64,000 nucleotides of DNA from a virus: positions 80,266 to 144,265 of the IMG/VR virus record IMGVR_UViG_3300013005_003552. One strand, 5' to 3'. A program made the position numbers and the translations under genes. Of the stretch, positions 39,883 through 49,156 are shown piece after piece. The notes below the pieces were generated by a model that was not told where the DNA came from, did not search any database, and saw only the letters and a program-made list of their open reading frames with translations. Numbering within the stretch: position 1 is the first letter of the stretch; each line of letters opens with the position of its first letter.

Positions 39883-40206
39883 ATGATCACTAAAGGTTTT
39901 TACAAGTGGCTGGCCCAAAAAATTTCTTCTGCACAAGAGGACAACCAAGACGAGCTGCGGCATAATCTATCAAAGTTTGGACAAGGCATTCCGGCAGGGC
40001 ATACCAGAGTGTATGATGAGGTGGATGCCACTTTGGATTTGCACTTCCGCATGAGCAAAGCCGAAAACGGTTATGTAATGTCAGTTAGACACACTGATCG
40101 TAAAACTGAAAGATCAAATAATACACTGTATTTGATAGCAGATCATGAAGATCTTGGTCAAAGTATTTCTCATATAATCACTGTTGAAAGTTTGAAAATC
40201 AAATGA
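39883..40206 (+). CDS. Hypothetical protein
   Basis: GAGGA RBS; MITKGFYKWL. Confidence 0.7.
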   Translation: MITKGFYKWLAQKISSAQEDNQDELRHNLSKFGQGIPAGHTRVYDEVDATLDLHFRMSKAENGYVMSVRHTDRKTERSNNTLYLIADHEDLGQSISHIITVESLKIK

Positions 40207-40718
40207 ATCGTCAAGGACATGAAACTGTGAAATTCTTTGTTGGCCAAGAAGTTGAGCACTCGCCTGCTTACGGCATGCGCACACTGTTTGTGATTGGTTT
40301 GCAAAACCCAACTGATATAATTGGATGGGCTCAGCAGTGTGAATGTCAGCACATCTATTTTGGTGCCAATCAAACTTTTCCCAATCCTGGCATCAATGAC
40401 AGTGACACATGGCGACCTTGGGAAAACATGATCAAGGCTGCACTGGACTCTGGTGCATGGTGTACGCTGGATCTTGATGTGAGTGCAGTCGAAGCCTTGC
40501 ACGAAAGTGGCTTGTGCGAATATGCTAGATTCATTCCCATGATCAGTGTTAAACTGCCCTACATTAGTTTGCTCAATTACAATACCACAATTAAACTAGA
40601 TGACCGAGACTTTGAATCAACCAACCCTGGCGTGTGGTGCCATAGTCTACATGATTTGAAAAATCGTGCAGTGTTCACTGACTGGTCTAAATATTCTCAA
40701 GATGAGGTGATAACATGA
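40203..40718 (+). CDS. Hypothetical protein in dpd cluster
   Basis: FFVGQEVEHSPAYG, HIYFGANQTF, TNPGVWCH. Confidence 0.75.
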   Translation: MNRQGHETVKFFVGQEVEHSPAYGMRTLFVIGLQNPTDIIGWAQQCECQHIYFGANQTFPNPGINDSDTWRPWENMIKAALDSGAWCTLDLDVSAVEALHESGLCEYARFIPMISVKLPYISLLNYNTTIKLDDRDFESTNPGVWCHSLHDLKNRAVFTDWSKYSQDEVIT

Positions 40719-40918
40719 AAGAGTTTTTAATAAGAGACGAACCTGCATTTAGATTAAAAGGGCGAATGAGCCAGTGTCTGAGCCCAGAGAATCTTTGGTG
40801 CGTGGAATTCACTGGGCAAAGTCTAAATGACAAAGGTGAAGTGGTTAATAATAGTACCTATCAGTTTTTCCTTGAGGACGCACATATACAAAACATGGTA
40901 AAAGGATTACTGTCATGA
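40715..40918 (+). CDS. Hypothetical protein
   Basis: GAGG RBS, ATGA coupling. Confidence 0.65.
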   Translation: MKEFLIRDEPAFRLKGRMSQCLSPENLWCVEFTGQSLNDKGEVVNNSTYQFFLEDAHIQNMVKGLLS

Positions 40919-41067
40919 CCTGCGAAACCTGTGGCAAAGACTACTCCCCAGCCTGTGACTTTCAGCAAGGTCGCTGTCCGTTGCATCCACCCATGTGGAA
41001 CTTGACACCATATCATTTTCGCTATCTCACACTTGTCAACACTATCAAAGGTTGGTTTCGCTCATGA
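40915..41067 (+). CDS. Small Cys-rich (Zn-binding?) protein (50 aa, not in ORF track)
   Basis: CETC..C..CPLH; ATGA overlaps on both sides. Confidence 0.6.
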   Translation: MTCETCGKDYSPACDFQQGRCPLHPPMWNLTPYHFRYLTLVNTIKGWFRS

Positions 41068-41504
41068 ATACACAAATGGACAGATCACAAACAGACATAA
41101 ACAGTGAAGTTGCAGATCGCATGATATGGGTGCGTTTTGAAAAAGAGGGTATTCATAAATATCCAGCAGCACTGGAGGATCCTAAACTTGCGGATGTATC
41201 TTTTCTTGGCTTTCCTCATCGCCATATTTTTCACTTCCGGGTGTCAATCAGTGTGTTCCATAATGACAGGGACATCGAATTCATCCAGTTCAAACGATGG
41301 CTGGAGAGTCTGTATAGCGATTCCACTCTAGAACTCAATTATAAATCCTGCGAGATGATTGCAGACGACTTATATATCCAAATTAACTTGCGTTACCCCG
41401 GCAGGCATGTTATTATCTCAGTTAGCGAAGACGACGAAAACGGTTGCGAAATTGTTTATCGAGATCCCCGCACCCCAGAAAAAACTTTTTACCATCCAGT
41501 ATAA
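41064..41504 (+). CDS. dpdL: QueD-paralogous T-fold protein, DpdL-like (putative CDG decarboxylase)
   Basis: LGFPHRHIF (LxxxHRHxF in place of QueD CxxxHGH), SCEMIA, VSEDDENG. Confidence 0.7.
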   Translation: MNTQMDRSQTDINSEVADRMIWVRFEKEGIHKYPAALEDPKLADVSFLGFPHRHIFHFRVSISVFHNDRDIEFIQFKRWLESLYSDSTLELNYKSCEMIADDLYIQINLRYPGRHVIISVSEDDENGCEIVYRDPRTPEKTFYHPV

Positions 41505-41518
41505 TAGGAGAAATCAAG

Positions 41519-41827
41519 ATGGCGCACCCAAAGTGGCTTACCAAATACTTTGTTATGAAGTCCGAAGTTAATCAAATCTATGATGACTTAGAAAAATATC
41601 GTGAGTTCTGTGTTTCACACGGTCGTGTGTTCAATGAAGCGGCACTGTACAATGAACGCGACAGAGATTTTTCTGATTTCATGCGTTTCAAAGAACGAGG
41701 ATATAGCAAGAATCATTGGAACTGGGCCAACAAAGATCCTAACGAACAGCGTAAACCCTTCAACAAAGACAACCGAGGCCCTCGTGGTTTTAACAACTAT
41801 CGCTCAGGATACAATCGCAATGCGTAA
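41519..41827 (+). CDS. Hypothetical protein
   Basis: AGGAG RBS; MAHPKWL; Arg/Asn-rich tail. Confidence 0.7.
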   Translation: MAHPKWLTKYFVMKSEVNQIYDDLEKYREFCVSHGRVFNEAALYNERDRDFSDFMRFKERGYSKNHWNWANKDPNEQRKPFNKDNRGPRGFNNYRSGYNRNA

Positions 41828-43010
41828 GTTATACTACATGGGTCTTGAAAGTTACAAAGCTCGGTACACACTACAGCTAACAGAATGGAATCGTCGTGTG
41901 TTCGAACGACGCGGACTTGATGTTAGTTATGTACCAGGACTTACTCTGGACAATGGAGAAAAGATTGTGGTTGGTCAGGTGCTGGATGCACATGGTCGCA
42001 CATACTTTGGCATGAGCCAGCTGATGAATCTAGTTAGACTAATGCAGCAAGGAGAAGTAACCAGTGAAGATGTTATCTACTTTGAAGACATGTTTCAGCC
42101 CGGTATTGAGAGCTTACCTTATATTCTCAATCAAGTGCCTGCTAATCTGCGTCCTCGCATTTTTGTCCGTTGTCTTGCTCAAGCCATTGATCCTGATGAC
42201 TTCGTACATGTATGGGGCATGTCTAAGTGGATGGGCTTGTATGAAAAAATGGTATGCGAACTTGTCCGGGACTCAGGAGGCGCAGTACTAGCCACCAATG
42301 AAGAAATGGTCATGCACATGAAGATTGCAGGATGGGATTGTCCTATCTACAACATTTCAGGCCTGGCCTTTGGCAAGGATGAAGTGCGTGAGCGTGTACC
42401 TGGCGAACTCAAACCATTCCTTGAACGCAGTATGCGTGTGGGCTTTGCAGCTCGCTGGGATCAAGAGAAACAGCCCAACTTTTACATGGACTTGATTGAA
42501 CTCTACCATGAGCGCAATCCCGGCAACACAGTAGAGTTTGCTGTGTTCTCTGGTGCGCCATTGCGTACCAACAATGACAGCTACATGGCTCGTACACGAC
42601 AAATGCAAGCCGAAGGCAAACTGACAATCTATGAAGATCTAGAAAAGAACGACTACTATGCTCTTCTTGCTGACACTCGGGTGTTGTTCAATTGTGCTTT
42701 ACAAGACTGGGTTTCTAACACAGTGAGCGAAGCAGATACTCTTGGTTGCAATGTACTTTATCCTGCTTACCGTAGTTTCCCCGAGTCCTTTGGCAATGAT
42801 CACACTAGATTGTATGTGCCTTGGTCATTGAAAGACGCTTGTAAGAAACTGGAGAAACTTTTGTACCTGGAAAGTTCTCGTATGGGCAAGATCAGTGACT
42901 GGACCAATGGCACTGTAGATCGTATTGTCGACATCATCGAAGGCCAAGGCGAGCAATGGTTGCGCATGAGTACAGACTATCGTAAACACACTCACGAAAG
43001 TAAATTCTAA
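41820..43010 (+). CDS. GT-B fold glycosyltransferase (GT4-like)
   Basis: GFAARWDQEKQP, FNCALQDWVSNTVSEA..GC.VLYP.YRSFPE. Confidence 0.75.
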   Translation: MRKLYYMGLESYKARYTLQLTEWNRRVFERRGLDVSYVPGLTLDNGEKIVVGQVLDAHGRTYFGMSQLMNLVRLMQQGEVTSEDVIYFEDMFQPGIESLPYILNQVPANLRPRIFVRCLAQAIDPDDFVHVWGMSKWMGLYEKMVCELVRDSGGAVLATNEEMVMHMKIAGWDCPIYNISGLAFGKDEVRERVPGELKPFLERSMRVGFAARWDQEKQPNFYMDLIELYHERNPGNTVEFAVFSGAPLRTNNDSYMARTRQMQAEGKLTIYEDLEKNDYYALLADTRVLFNCALQDWVSNTVSEADTLGCNVLYPAYRSFPESFGNDHTRLYVPWSLKDACKKLEKLLYLESSRMGKISDWTNGTVDRIVDIIEGQGEQWLRMSTDYRKHTHESKF

Positions 43011-43012
43011 TT

Positions 43013-43117
43013 ATGATTTATGTCATTGGAATCCTTTTGGTGGTCGCCATGTACTTTTTCATCTGCATGGTAGACAGCGAAACCAAACATCACGACCAGG
43101 ATTCCAATGGACTTTGA
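43013..43117 (+). CDS. Small membrane peptide (34 aa, not in ORF track)
   Basis: MIYVIGILLVVAMYFFICMV; fills the gap. Confidence 0.45.
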   Translation: MIYVIGILLVVAMYFFICMVDSETKHHDQDSNGL

Positions 43118-43346
43118 GCTGTGGCATCAATTGTTAACTGAAACTGTGTATTGGCAAGACATCAACCCTCACAGGTCTCTTGATATTTTGCAACGCACTG
43201 CTGTGGCCTGGGCACATGATCAGAAGTATTTTATGCAATCTGGTCCTGACCGGGTGGATTTGACAAAACTCTACGAACAATATAAACTACTAGAAACTCT
43301 CAAAGGAACTTATCATGGCGAAGAAATCGGATCAGAACACTGCTGA
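43107..43346 (+). CDS. Hypothetical protein
   Basis: 79 aa. Confidence 0.6.
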   Translation: MDFELWHQLLTETVYWQDINPHRSLDILQRTAVAWAHDQKYFMQSGPDRVDLTKLYEQYKLLETLKGTYHGEEIGSEHC

Positions 43347-44391
43347 ACCAGTGAACCCAGAACATGAACATCTAATCGAGGTACTAAAGTTCACTCCGCG
43401 TACTTACAAAATCCAGCTATGGGGTTACGGCGGTGAGTACGCCATGGGCACTGTGGACCGAAACATATATGATTACTTTCGTAGGCGTAGATTGAGCGTG
43501 GCTGATTTTGCCTGGGACAGTGACTATGCTGAAACTCATAACATACCAGAATCCATGTGGCCATTTGTTCCAGGATCTTGGTATGAATGCGAAAACATGG
43601 GACATGTGTACGGAGTAGACCGAGCATCTGGCACCATGCAGATTTTGGATGAAAATGGCGAAGTGGTGTATGAACGCAGCTTGGAAGAACTTGATGGTTG
43701 TGATGTAGAGCTTAACACTCGCGACGAAATTTGGATTGATAGTCAACCCAAAGATACTGTTGTATTTTTTGGTTACACCGCTGACAAAGGAACCTTCTTT
43801 GAAGCTGACATAGAGCTTGGTGCTCCTTTTGATCCAGAAAAACTATGCTTGGTTATTGATGATTTTGATTCAAATGAGATCATCACAGGTGCAGAGTACG
43901 ATGGCGAAGAACTGTGCAACGACGGCGGAGATACCAATGGCAAAGGATCTGATTTTGCATTCTACATTGCAGGCAGTAACAAAGGCCAGGGCTATGAGAG
44001 ATATCGCGACATGGACGATATCAAATACAATCTTACCAATTGGTTTCCTAGCAAAATCAAGCCTGTAGTTGCAGGTATATATGAAGTGGAAGCCAAACAA
44101 GGACATATCTATCATGCTGTGTGGTCTGGCGAGTTCTGGCACAATGAATGGAGTGATACAAAAGAACCATTGAAAATCAAGCAATGGCGAGGCATCGCCT
44201 ATGATCCAGACGAGCAATTTCTTCGTGATGAGTTAGATCAAATATACTTGTCGCTTGTTGTTGAAGACCAAGATGCTGAAGTACTAAATTGCGAACATTG
44301 CGGCTGGAGCGGCAGTGCCAACAACACCAATGACTGGGATGGCCAAATGTGTTGCCCTGACTGTGGCGAACCTGTACAATCTATCAATTGA
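43315..44391 (+). CDS. Acidic hypothetical protein with C-terminal Zn ribbon
   Basis: Asp/Glu-rich; CEHC..CPDC. Confidence 0.7.
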   Translation: MAKKSDQNTAEPVNPEHEHLIEVLKFTPRTYKIQLWGYGGEYAMGTVDRNIYDYFRRRRLSVADFAWDSDYAETHNIPESMWPFVPGSWYECENMGHVYGVDRASGTMQILDENGEVVYERSLEELDGCDVELNTRDEIWIDSQPKDTVVFFGYTADKGTFFEADIELGAPFDPEKLCLVIDDFDSNEIITGAEYDGEELCNDGGDTNGKGSDFAFYIAGSNKGQGYERYRDMDDIKYNLTNWFPSKIKPVVAGIYEVEAKQGHIYHAVWSGEFWHNEWSDTKEPLKIKQWRGIAYDPDEQFLRDELDQIYLSLVVEDQDAEVLNCEHCGWSGSANNTNDWDGQMCCPDCGEPVQSIN

Positions 44392-44401
44392 GAAAAATAA
44401 A

Positions 44402-45382
44402 ATGATCAAAGTATTTGTTACAGGAGCAACTGGCTATATTGGTAGCCATGTATGCAAGAAATTAAAAGAAGATGGCTATGAAGTAATTGGTCTTGACCGT
44501 GTGCGCAGAGAACACACCCTGCAATACATGGATCAATTTATAGAAGCAGACTATCATAGTCAAACCTGCATTGATGCACTGGTGCAGCATGCACCCCAAG
44601 CAGTTATTCATCTAGCAGGTACTAGTCTAGTAGGACCCAGTGTGAGTGATCCTGGCGAATACTATACAAACAATGTGGCCAAGACTGCTGCATTGCTAAA
44701 TGCCATACGGTTTCTAGAACACATGCCAGTGGTAGTTTTTTCTAGCAGTGCCGCGGTGTATGGTGCACCAGAAAAAGACCTGATACACGAAAACGATCCT
44801 TATAGCCCACTGAGTCCATATGGACAAAGCAAGGCCATGATTGAAATCATGCTAACGGATTTTTTCAAGGCCTACGGCATGTGCAGTGCCAGTCTGCGTT
44901 ACTTCAATGCCTGTGGTGCTGACGAGTCTGGAACTCTTGGTCAAGCACCTGGTGCAACACACATTGTGGCTAGATTATTAGAAAGTGCTAGAGATAAAAC
45001 AAAATTTACTCTTTACGGTAATGATTATAATACCGCAGATGGTACTTGTGTGAGAGATTATGTGCATGTGAGTGATCTAGCCTCGGCTCATAGCCTAGCA
45101 GTGTCGTACCTAATGAGCGATATGGATCCTTGCTTTGCTCTAAATCTTGGCACAGGCCAAGGATACAGCAATCAAGAAGTCATTGACACAGTTATCCAAA
45201 CTGTTGGGTCTGTTGACATTTCTGTTGGCCCACGACGAGCCGGAGATCCTGATCAACTGGTAGCAGGAAATGTGTTAGCCAAAGCAAAACTAGGTTGGCA
45301 TCCAGAAAACTCTAATTTGTCCAATATTGTAACTTCTGCATGGAAGTGGTATAATAACCCATCAAATCAAGTTGACAACTGA
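44402..45382 (+). CDS. galE: UDP-glucose 4-epimerase
   Basis: TGATGYIGSH, FSSSAAVYG, YGQSK, LRYFNACG, DGTCVRDYVHV. Confidence 0.92.
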   Translation: MIKVFVTGATGYIGSHVCKKLKEDGYEVIGLDRVRREHTLQYMDQFIEADYHSQTCIDALVQHAPQAVIHLAGTSLVGPSVSDPGEYYTNNVAKTAALLNAIRFLEHMPVVVFSSSAAVYGAPEKDLIHENDPYSPLSPYGQSKAMIEIMLTDFFKAYGMCSASLRYFNACGADESGTLGQAPGATHIVARLLESARDKTKFTLYGNDYNTADGTCVRDYVHVSDLASAHSLAVSYLMSDMDPCFALNLGTGQGYSNQEVIDTVIQTVGSVDISVGPRRAGDPDQLVAGNVLAKAKLGWHPENSNLSNIVTSAWKWYNNPSNQVDN

Positions 45383-45400
45383 TCTAAATAAGTTTACAAT
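45372..45400 (+). promoter_or_regulatory. sigma70 promoter with nested TAAATA
   Basis: TTGACA-ACTGATCTAAATAAGTT-TACAAT. Confidence 0.75.
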
Positions 45401-45407
45401 ACACAAC

Positions 45408-45434
45408 TAGCCATCCTCGGCTATAACTCGGAGA
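45408..45434 (+). promoter_or_regulatory. folE leader hairpin / mini-pseudoknot over the RBS
   Basis: TAGCC-ATCCTC-GGCTA-TAACTC-GGAGA; loop TCC complementary to SD GGA. Confidence 0.45.
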
Positions 45435-45438
45435 GCAA

Positions 45439-46206
45439 ATGGTTTACAACAAAGCATACATTAGCAATGACGAAGAAACCGCACTAGACGCCATGGCAGG
45501 CGATGGCGGTTATGCCCTGGGGCAAGCACACAAACAGATTGCAGCAAAAATGCGCCGTGAAGGCAAGCGATTCTGGGCAGGCGATAACATCAGCGACTAT
45601 GTTGACGATAAGGCCAAAGAACAACTGATTGACGAAGCGCGAGCTGCATTTGAACTTGTGCTAGACACACTGCTAATTGATCGACACAATGATCCTAACA
45701 GCCACGGCACAGCACAACGCTTGGCCAAGATGTATTACAACGAAATAATGGCAGGACGATATGAATCAGCACCAGACGCAACAGCATTCCCAAACAACAC
45801 CACAGACCGATACGAAGGTATGCTGGTTGTGCGTTCTGAGTTACGCAGTATGTGTAGTCATCACCATCAGCCTGTCAGTGGCGTTGCTTATATTGGAATT
45901 ATCGCTGCCGAAAAACTAATTGGTCTGTCTAAGTATACTCGTATTGCTCAGTGGTGTGCTCGTCGTGGCACTCTCCAGGAGGAACTGGCCAATGACATTG
46001 CTAGGGAGATCAGCCGAGCCACCGGAAGCAAAAATGTAGGTGTTTACATACAGGCCACGCATGATTGCTGTGAGAATCGCGGCATCATGGCACACAGTTC
46101 ATTGACCCAGACCACTGTGCTGACAGGTGCATTCAAAGACGATCACAGTGTGAAGAAAGAGTTCATGGACAATATTAAACTACAGCAAGAATTTGCTCCG
46201 AGGTAA
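45439..46206 (+). CDS. folE: GTP cyclohydrolase I
   Basis: SMCSHHHQP, IGLSK..R, R..LQE, HDCCENRG. Confidence 0.95.
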   Translation: MVYNKAYISNDEETALDAMAGDGGYALGQAHKQIAAKMRREGKRFWAGDNISDYVDDKAKEQLIDEARAAFELVLDTLLIDRHNDPNSHGTAQRLAKMYYNEIMAGRYESAPDATAFPNNTTDRYEGMLVVRSELRSMCSHHHQPVSGVAYIGIIAAEKLIGLSKYTRIAQWCARRGTLQEELANDIAREISRATGSKNVGVYIQATHDCCENRGIMAHSSLTQTTVLTGAFKDDHSVKKEFMDNIKLQQEFAPR

Positions 46207-46209
46207 AAA

Positions 46210-46377
46210 ATGGAGATACAACCCAAAGATCCCAGTCGCGGACATTTTTATGTGAGCCTTGCAAAAAGTGCGATTAGAATATTTGCTGGTGGTGTATTGA
46301 TGGCCGGAAATATTTGGCTAGCCGGTGTATGCATTGTACTGGCTGAAGGATTGGGTATTATTGAGGAACTGGTATGA
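46210..46377 (+). CDS. Small membrane protein (55 aa, not in ORF track)
   Basis: GAGG RBS; HFYVSLAKS..AEGLGIIEELV. Confidence 0.7.
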   Translation: MEIQPKDPSRGHFYVSLAKSAIRIFAGGVLMAGNIWLAGVCIVLAEGLGIIEELV

Positions 46378-46613
46378 CCACTGCCAAAGAACTCAGTGAT
46401 AATCTCATAGCTAGAGCCAAGGCCATGCAGTCTTTTCGCATTGTCAAACAATTGGACGATGCTGACATTATTTTCAGCGCAGGCGTAGTACCATTTGATC
46501 TTAAAATAAACAAAGACGGGCGCATGACAGTCACAGTGTATGCCCTGACACTGGAAGAAGCCAACGACCAAGTTGATGCTTGGATAAAACACTTAGAAGA
46601 GGGAGATGATTAA
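46374..46613 (+). CDS. Hypothetical protein
   Basis: ATGA coupling. Confidence 0.7.
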   Translation: MTTAKELSDNLIARAKAMQSFRIVKQLDDADIIFSAGVVPFDLKINKDGRMTVTVYALTLEEANDQVDAWIKHLEEGDD

Positions 46614-46816
46614 TGAAAAAAGATATTATCAAGGCAACACAGGCATACCTAGAAGCAGGCATTGAAAAGCATAAGGCCAACATCAATATCATGTTGAACA
46701 ATCCCATGGGCATCCATGATCATACAGATTTCATGGGCGCACTTGACGCCGAACTTGGTAAAATGAGCGAATACAGAGACAAACTGGAAACACTCAATTC
46801 GTATTGGAAAGGCTAA
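46613..46816 (+). CDS. Hypothetical protein
   Basis: NPMGIHDH; TAATG coupling. Confidence 0.7.
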   Translation: MKKDIIKATQAYLEAGIEKHKANINIMLNNPMGIHDHTDFMGALDAELGKMSEYRDKLETLNSYWKG

Positions 46817-46818
46817 TC

Positions 46819-47358
46819 ATGAGTGCAGTACGAGAAAAAGATTCTGCAGATTTTGATCTAGAAGCGTTTGTTGACTTGTTTGACGAAGCACTGACCAGTG
46901 ATGATCCCAGTGTTCAAAAAACTCTACAGCATCTCATGGTTATCTGTGCGCTAGCTCGTAATCATGCTAGACACGATTCTCGTAACGGCCCATTGCGAAG
47001 ACTGTTTGAAGATATAAAACATCTTAATTCAAGATTAAACAATCTAGAGAGTCAACGTGGCATGCATCATCCTGGCTACGGTCCTGTTCCGCCAACTAAC
47101 CCAACTATCTGGCCACCTGTTGTTACTCAGCCAGGAACAGCTAGCCCAAATTGGCCAGGCCCAAATCAAATCTGGTGCGGCACTGACACCACCGCTGTCT
47201 GGTGCGGCACTGACACCACCGCTGTCAGCGTGAGTTTGCCTGAGAACAGTGCAGTTGCTCAAAGTGTAAGTGCAACTATTGCAGAGCGAGTGGATGATCT
47301 GTTAAAATCAAACTACAAAGGCTCCAGTGTTGGGACTGTAAATGTTAAAATTGCTTGA
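46819..47358 (+). CDS. Hypothetical protein with low-complexity tail
   Basis: MSAVREK..; contains a 27-bp duplication. Confidence 0.7.
   Translation: MSAVREKDSADFDLEAFVDLFDEALTSDDPSVQKTLQHLMVICALARNHARHDSRNGPLRRLFEDIKHLNSRLNNLESQRGMHHPGYGPVPPTNPTIWPPVVTQPGTASPNWPGPNQIWCGTDTTAVWCGTDTTAVSVSLPENSAVAQSVSATIAERVDDLLKSNYKGSSVGTVNVKIA
47171..47226 (+). repeat. Perfect 27-bp in-frame tandem duplication
   Basis: TCTGGTGCGGCACTGACACCACCGCTG x2 (WCGTDTTAV x2). Confidence 0.95.
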
Positions 47359-47812
47359 ACGACTAGGTAGAAAACGCATTATCAACGATAGGCTCAACGA
47401 TGAGCCATATCTTGAACGCTATTATCTTTTTCTTAAAGAAAGAAAGAAATTTCCGTTCAATGTATTTTTACACAAGTTCTTAAAAGGAGACCCAGACGAT
47501 GTACATGATCACCCATGGCCGTATTGCACTTTCATACTTGCGGGAGGTTACTACGAGTGGATTCCGGAGTTTAATGACTCAGGTACCAAGGTCAGTGAAA
47601 CACGGCATTGGCGTGGGCCTGGCCATTTCCGCTTTTGCAGGGCTGGTAGCTTTCATCGTATTGAACTTAAAGATGGTGTAACTGCATGGACTTTATTCAT
47701 GCCAGGACCTCATCAACGAGAATGGGGATTTTTAATAGGACAAGATCCAAACAAAGATTGGGAACACAATGAAAGTTATCTCACCCGGCGTGGTGGCACT
47801 AAAGCCGTTTAA
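47342..47812 (+). CDS. Cupin-like hypothetical protein
   Basis: LH..D..HDHPW..GGYYE..FHRI..WTLF..REWGF. Confidence 0.75.
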   Translation: MLKLLERLGRKRIINDRLNDEPYLERYYLFLKERKKFPFNVFLHKFLKGDPDDVHDHPWPYCTFILAGGYYEWIPEFNDSGTKVSETRHWRGPGHFRFCRAGSFHRIELKDGVTAWTLFMPGPHQREWGFLIGQDPNKDWEHNESYLTRRGGTKAV

Positions 47813-48104
47813 GATTCATACCACTGCTCTCACACAAGAAATGGTAGACTGGTGGGTCATGGTCGGCGCGGAAGCTCAAGAAATCACTGACGACCATTGG
47901 GCCAAAGCTGGCCGTATGATAGCTAAACACTATCGCATACGCATGGGCCAGGGCGACTGGAGTCACAAGTTCAACGATGGCAGTAACAACTATCTTATTC
48001 ATTTGCGTGAAGAGTTTGCCCCCGAAGCCAGCTTGTTCATGTTAAAATTTCACGAGACAATTATCAATCACGACTGTAAGGTACCAGACTATGACTTCTC
48101 CTAA
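47769..48104 (+). CDS. Hypothetical protein (start uncertain)
   Basis: Fills the gap before the PRTase. Confidence 0.6.
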   Translation: MKVISPGVVALKPFKIHTTALTQEMVDWWVMVGAEAQEITDDHWAKAGRMIAKHYRIRMGQGDWSHKFNDGSNNYLIHLREEFAPEASLFMLKFHETIINHDCKVPDYDFS

Positions 48105-48660
48105 CAAAATTGTAACTATTGATCAAACACAGTTGAACGGATACATTCACAGTATCATGCGTCAAATGGCTGCTGACAATTGGCGTCCAGACTATATTGT
48201 GGGTATCACTCGAGGAGGTCTTGTGCCTGCTGTGATGATCAGCCAATATCTAGACATTCCCATGCACACCTTAAACATCAGCTTTCGCGATGCAGAGCTA
48301 GGGCCTGAAAGCAATCTCTGGATGGCAGAGGATGCATTTGGGTATGTGCCCACAGATGTTGCGCCTAGACCAGCAAACATGACTGTGTCTGATCCTGCAC
48401 TGCGCAAGAAGATTCTTATTGTAGACGATATCAATGACACTGGTCGCACACTACGCTGGATCAAAGAAGACTGGGAATCAGGTTGTTTGCCTAGAGATGA
48501 AACCTGGAACGATATCTGGCATCACAATGTACAATTTGCCACTGTGGTGGACAACGACTCAAGTGAATTTAAGGGTGTTGACTACGCTGGACTAATTATT
48601 AACAAACATGAAGACCCTTGCTGGATTGAATTCCCTTGGGAGAATTGGTGGGCAAAATGA
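48091..48660 (+). CDS. Type I purine phosphoribosyltransferase (Gpt-like)
   Basis: VGITRGGLVPA, ILIVDDINDTGRT, WIEFPWE. Confidence 0.88.
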   Translation: MTSPNKIVTIDQTQLNGYIHSIMRQMAADNWRPDYIVGITRGGLVPAVMISQYLDIPMHTLNISFRDAELGPESNLWMAEDAFGYVPTDVAPRPANMTVSDPALRKKILIVDDINDTGRTLRWIKEDWESGCLPRDETWNDIWHHNVQFATVVDNDSSEFKGVDYAGLIINKHEDPCWIEFPWENWWAK

Positions 48661-49148
48661 TTAATGGCAAAAAAGTAGGATTTACCGCAAGCACATTTGA
48701 TTTACTACATGCAGGGCATGTGGCCATGTTGCGCGAAGCAAAAGAACACTGTGAATATCTTATCTGTGCTTTACAAAATGATCCTACACTGGATCGTCCT
48801 AGTAAAAATAAACCTGTTCAAAGCATAGTTGAAAGACAGCTACAATTGGCAGCATGCAAGTATGTTGATGAAGTTTGGGTATATAACACAGAAAAAGACC
48901 TAGAAGATCTTTTACTAATTCTTCCCATAAATGTGAGAATCTTGGGAGTCGAGTACGAAGGCAAAGAATTCACCGGCAGAGAAATTTGCCACAAGCGCGG
49001 AATTGAATTGTTCTTTAACGGCCGTGATCACAGTTTTAGTTCTAGCGAACTGCGTCAACGAGTGGCTAATGCAGAAGAATTTAAGAAAAAGTTGCAAGCA
49101 TTTGAACCAGTAGGATCAGATGACACTGGAGGCCCTAGTGAGAAATAA
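48657..49148 (+). CDS. Cytidylyltransferase (TagD/RfaE-like)
   Basis: TFDLLHAGH, KP..ER..ACKYVD, SSSELR. Confidence 0.88.
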   Translation: MINGKKVGFTASTFDLLHAGHVAMLREAKEHCEYLICALQNDPTLDRPSKNKPVQSIVERQLQLAACKYVDEVWVYNTEKDLEDLLLILPINVRILGVEYEGKEFTGREICHKRGIELFFNGRDHSFSSSELRQRVANAEEFKKKLQAFEPVGSDDTGGPSEK

Positions 49149-49156
49149 ATACAAGC

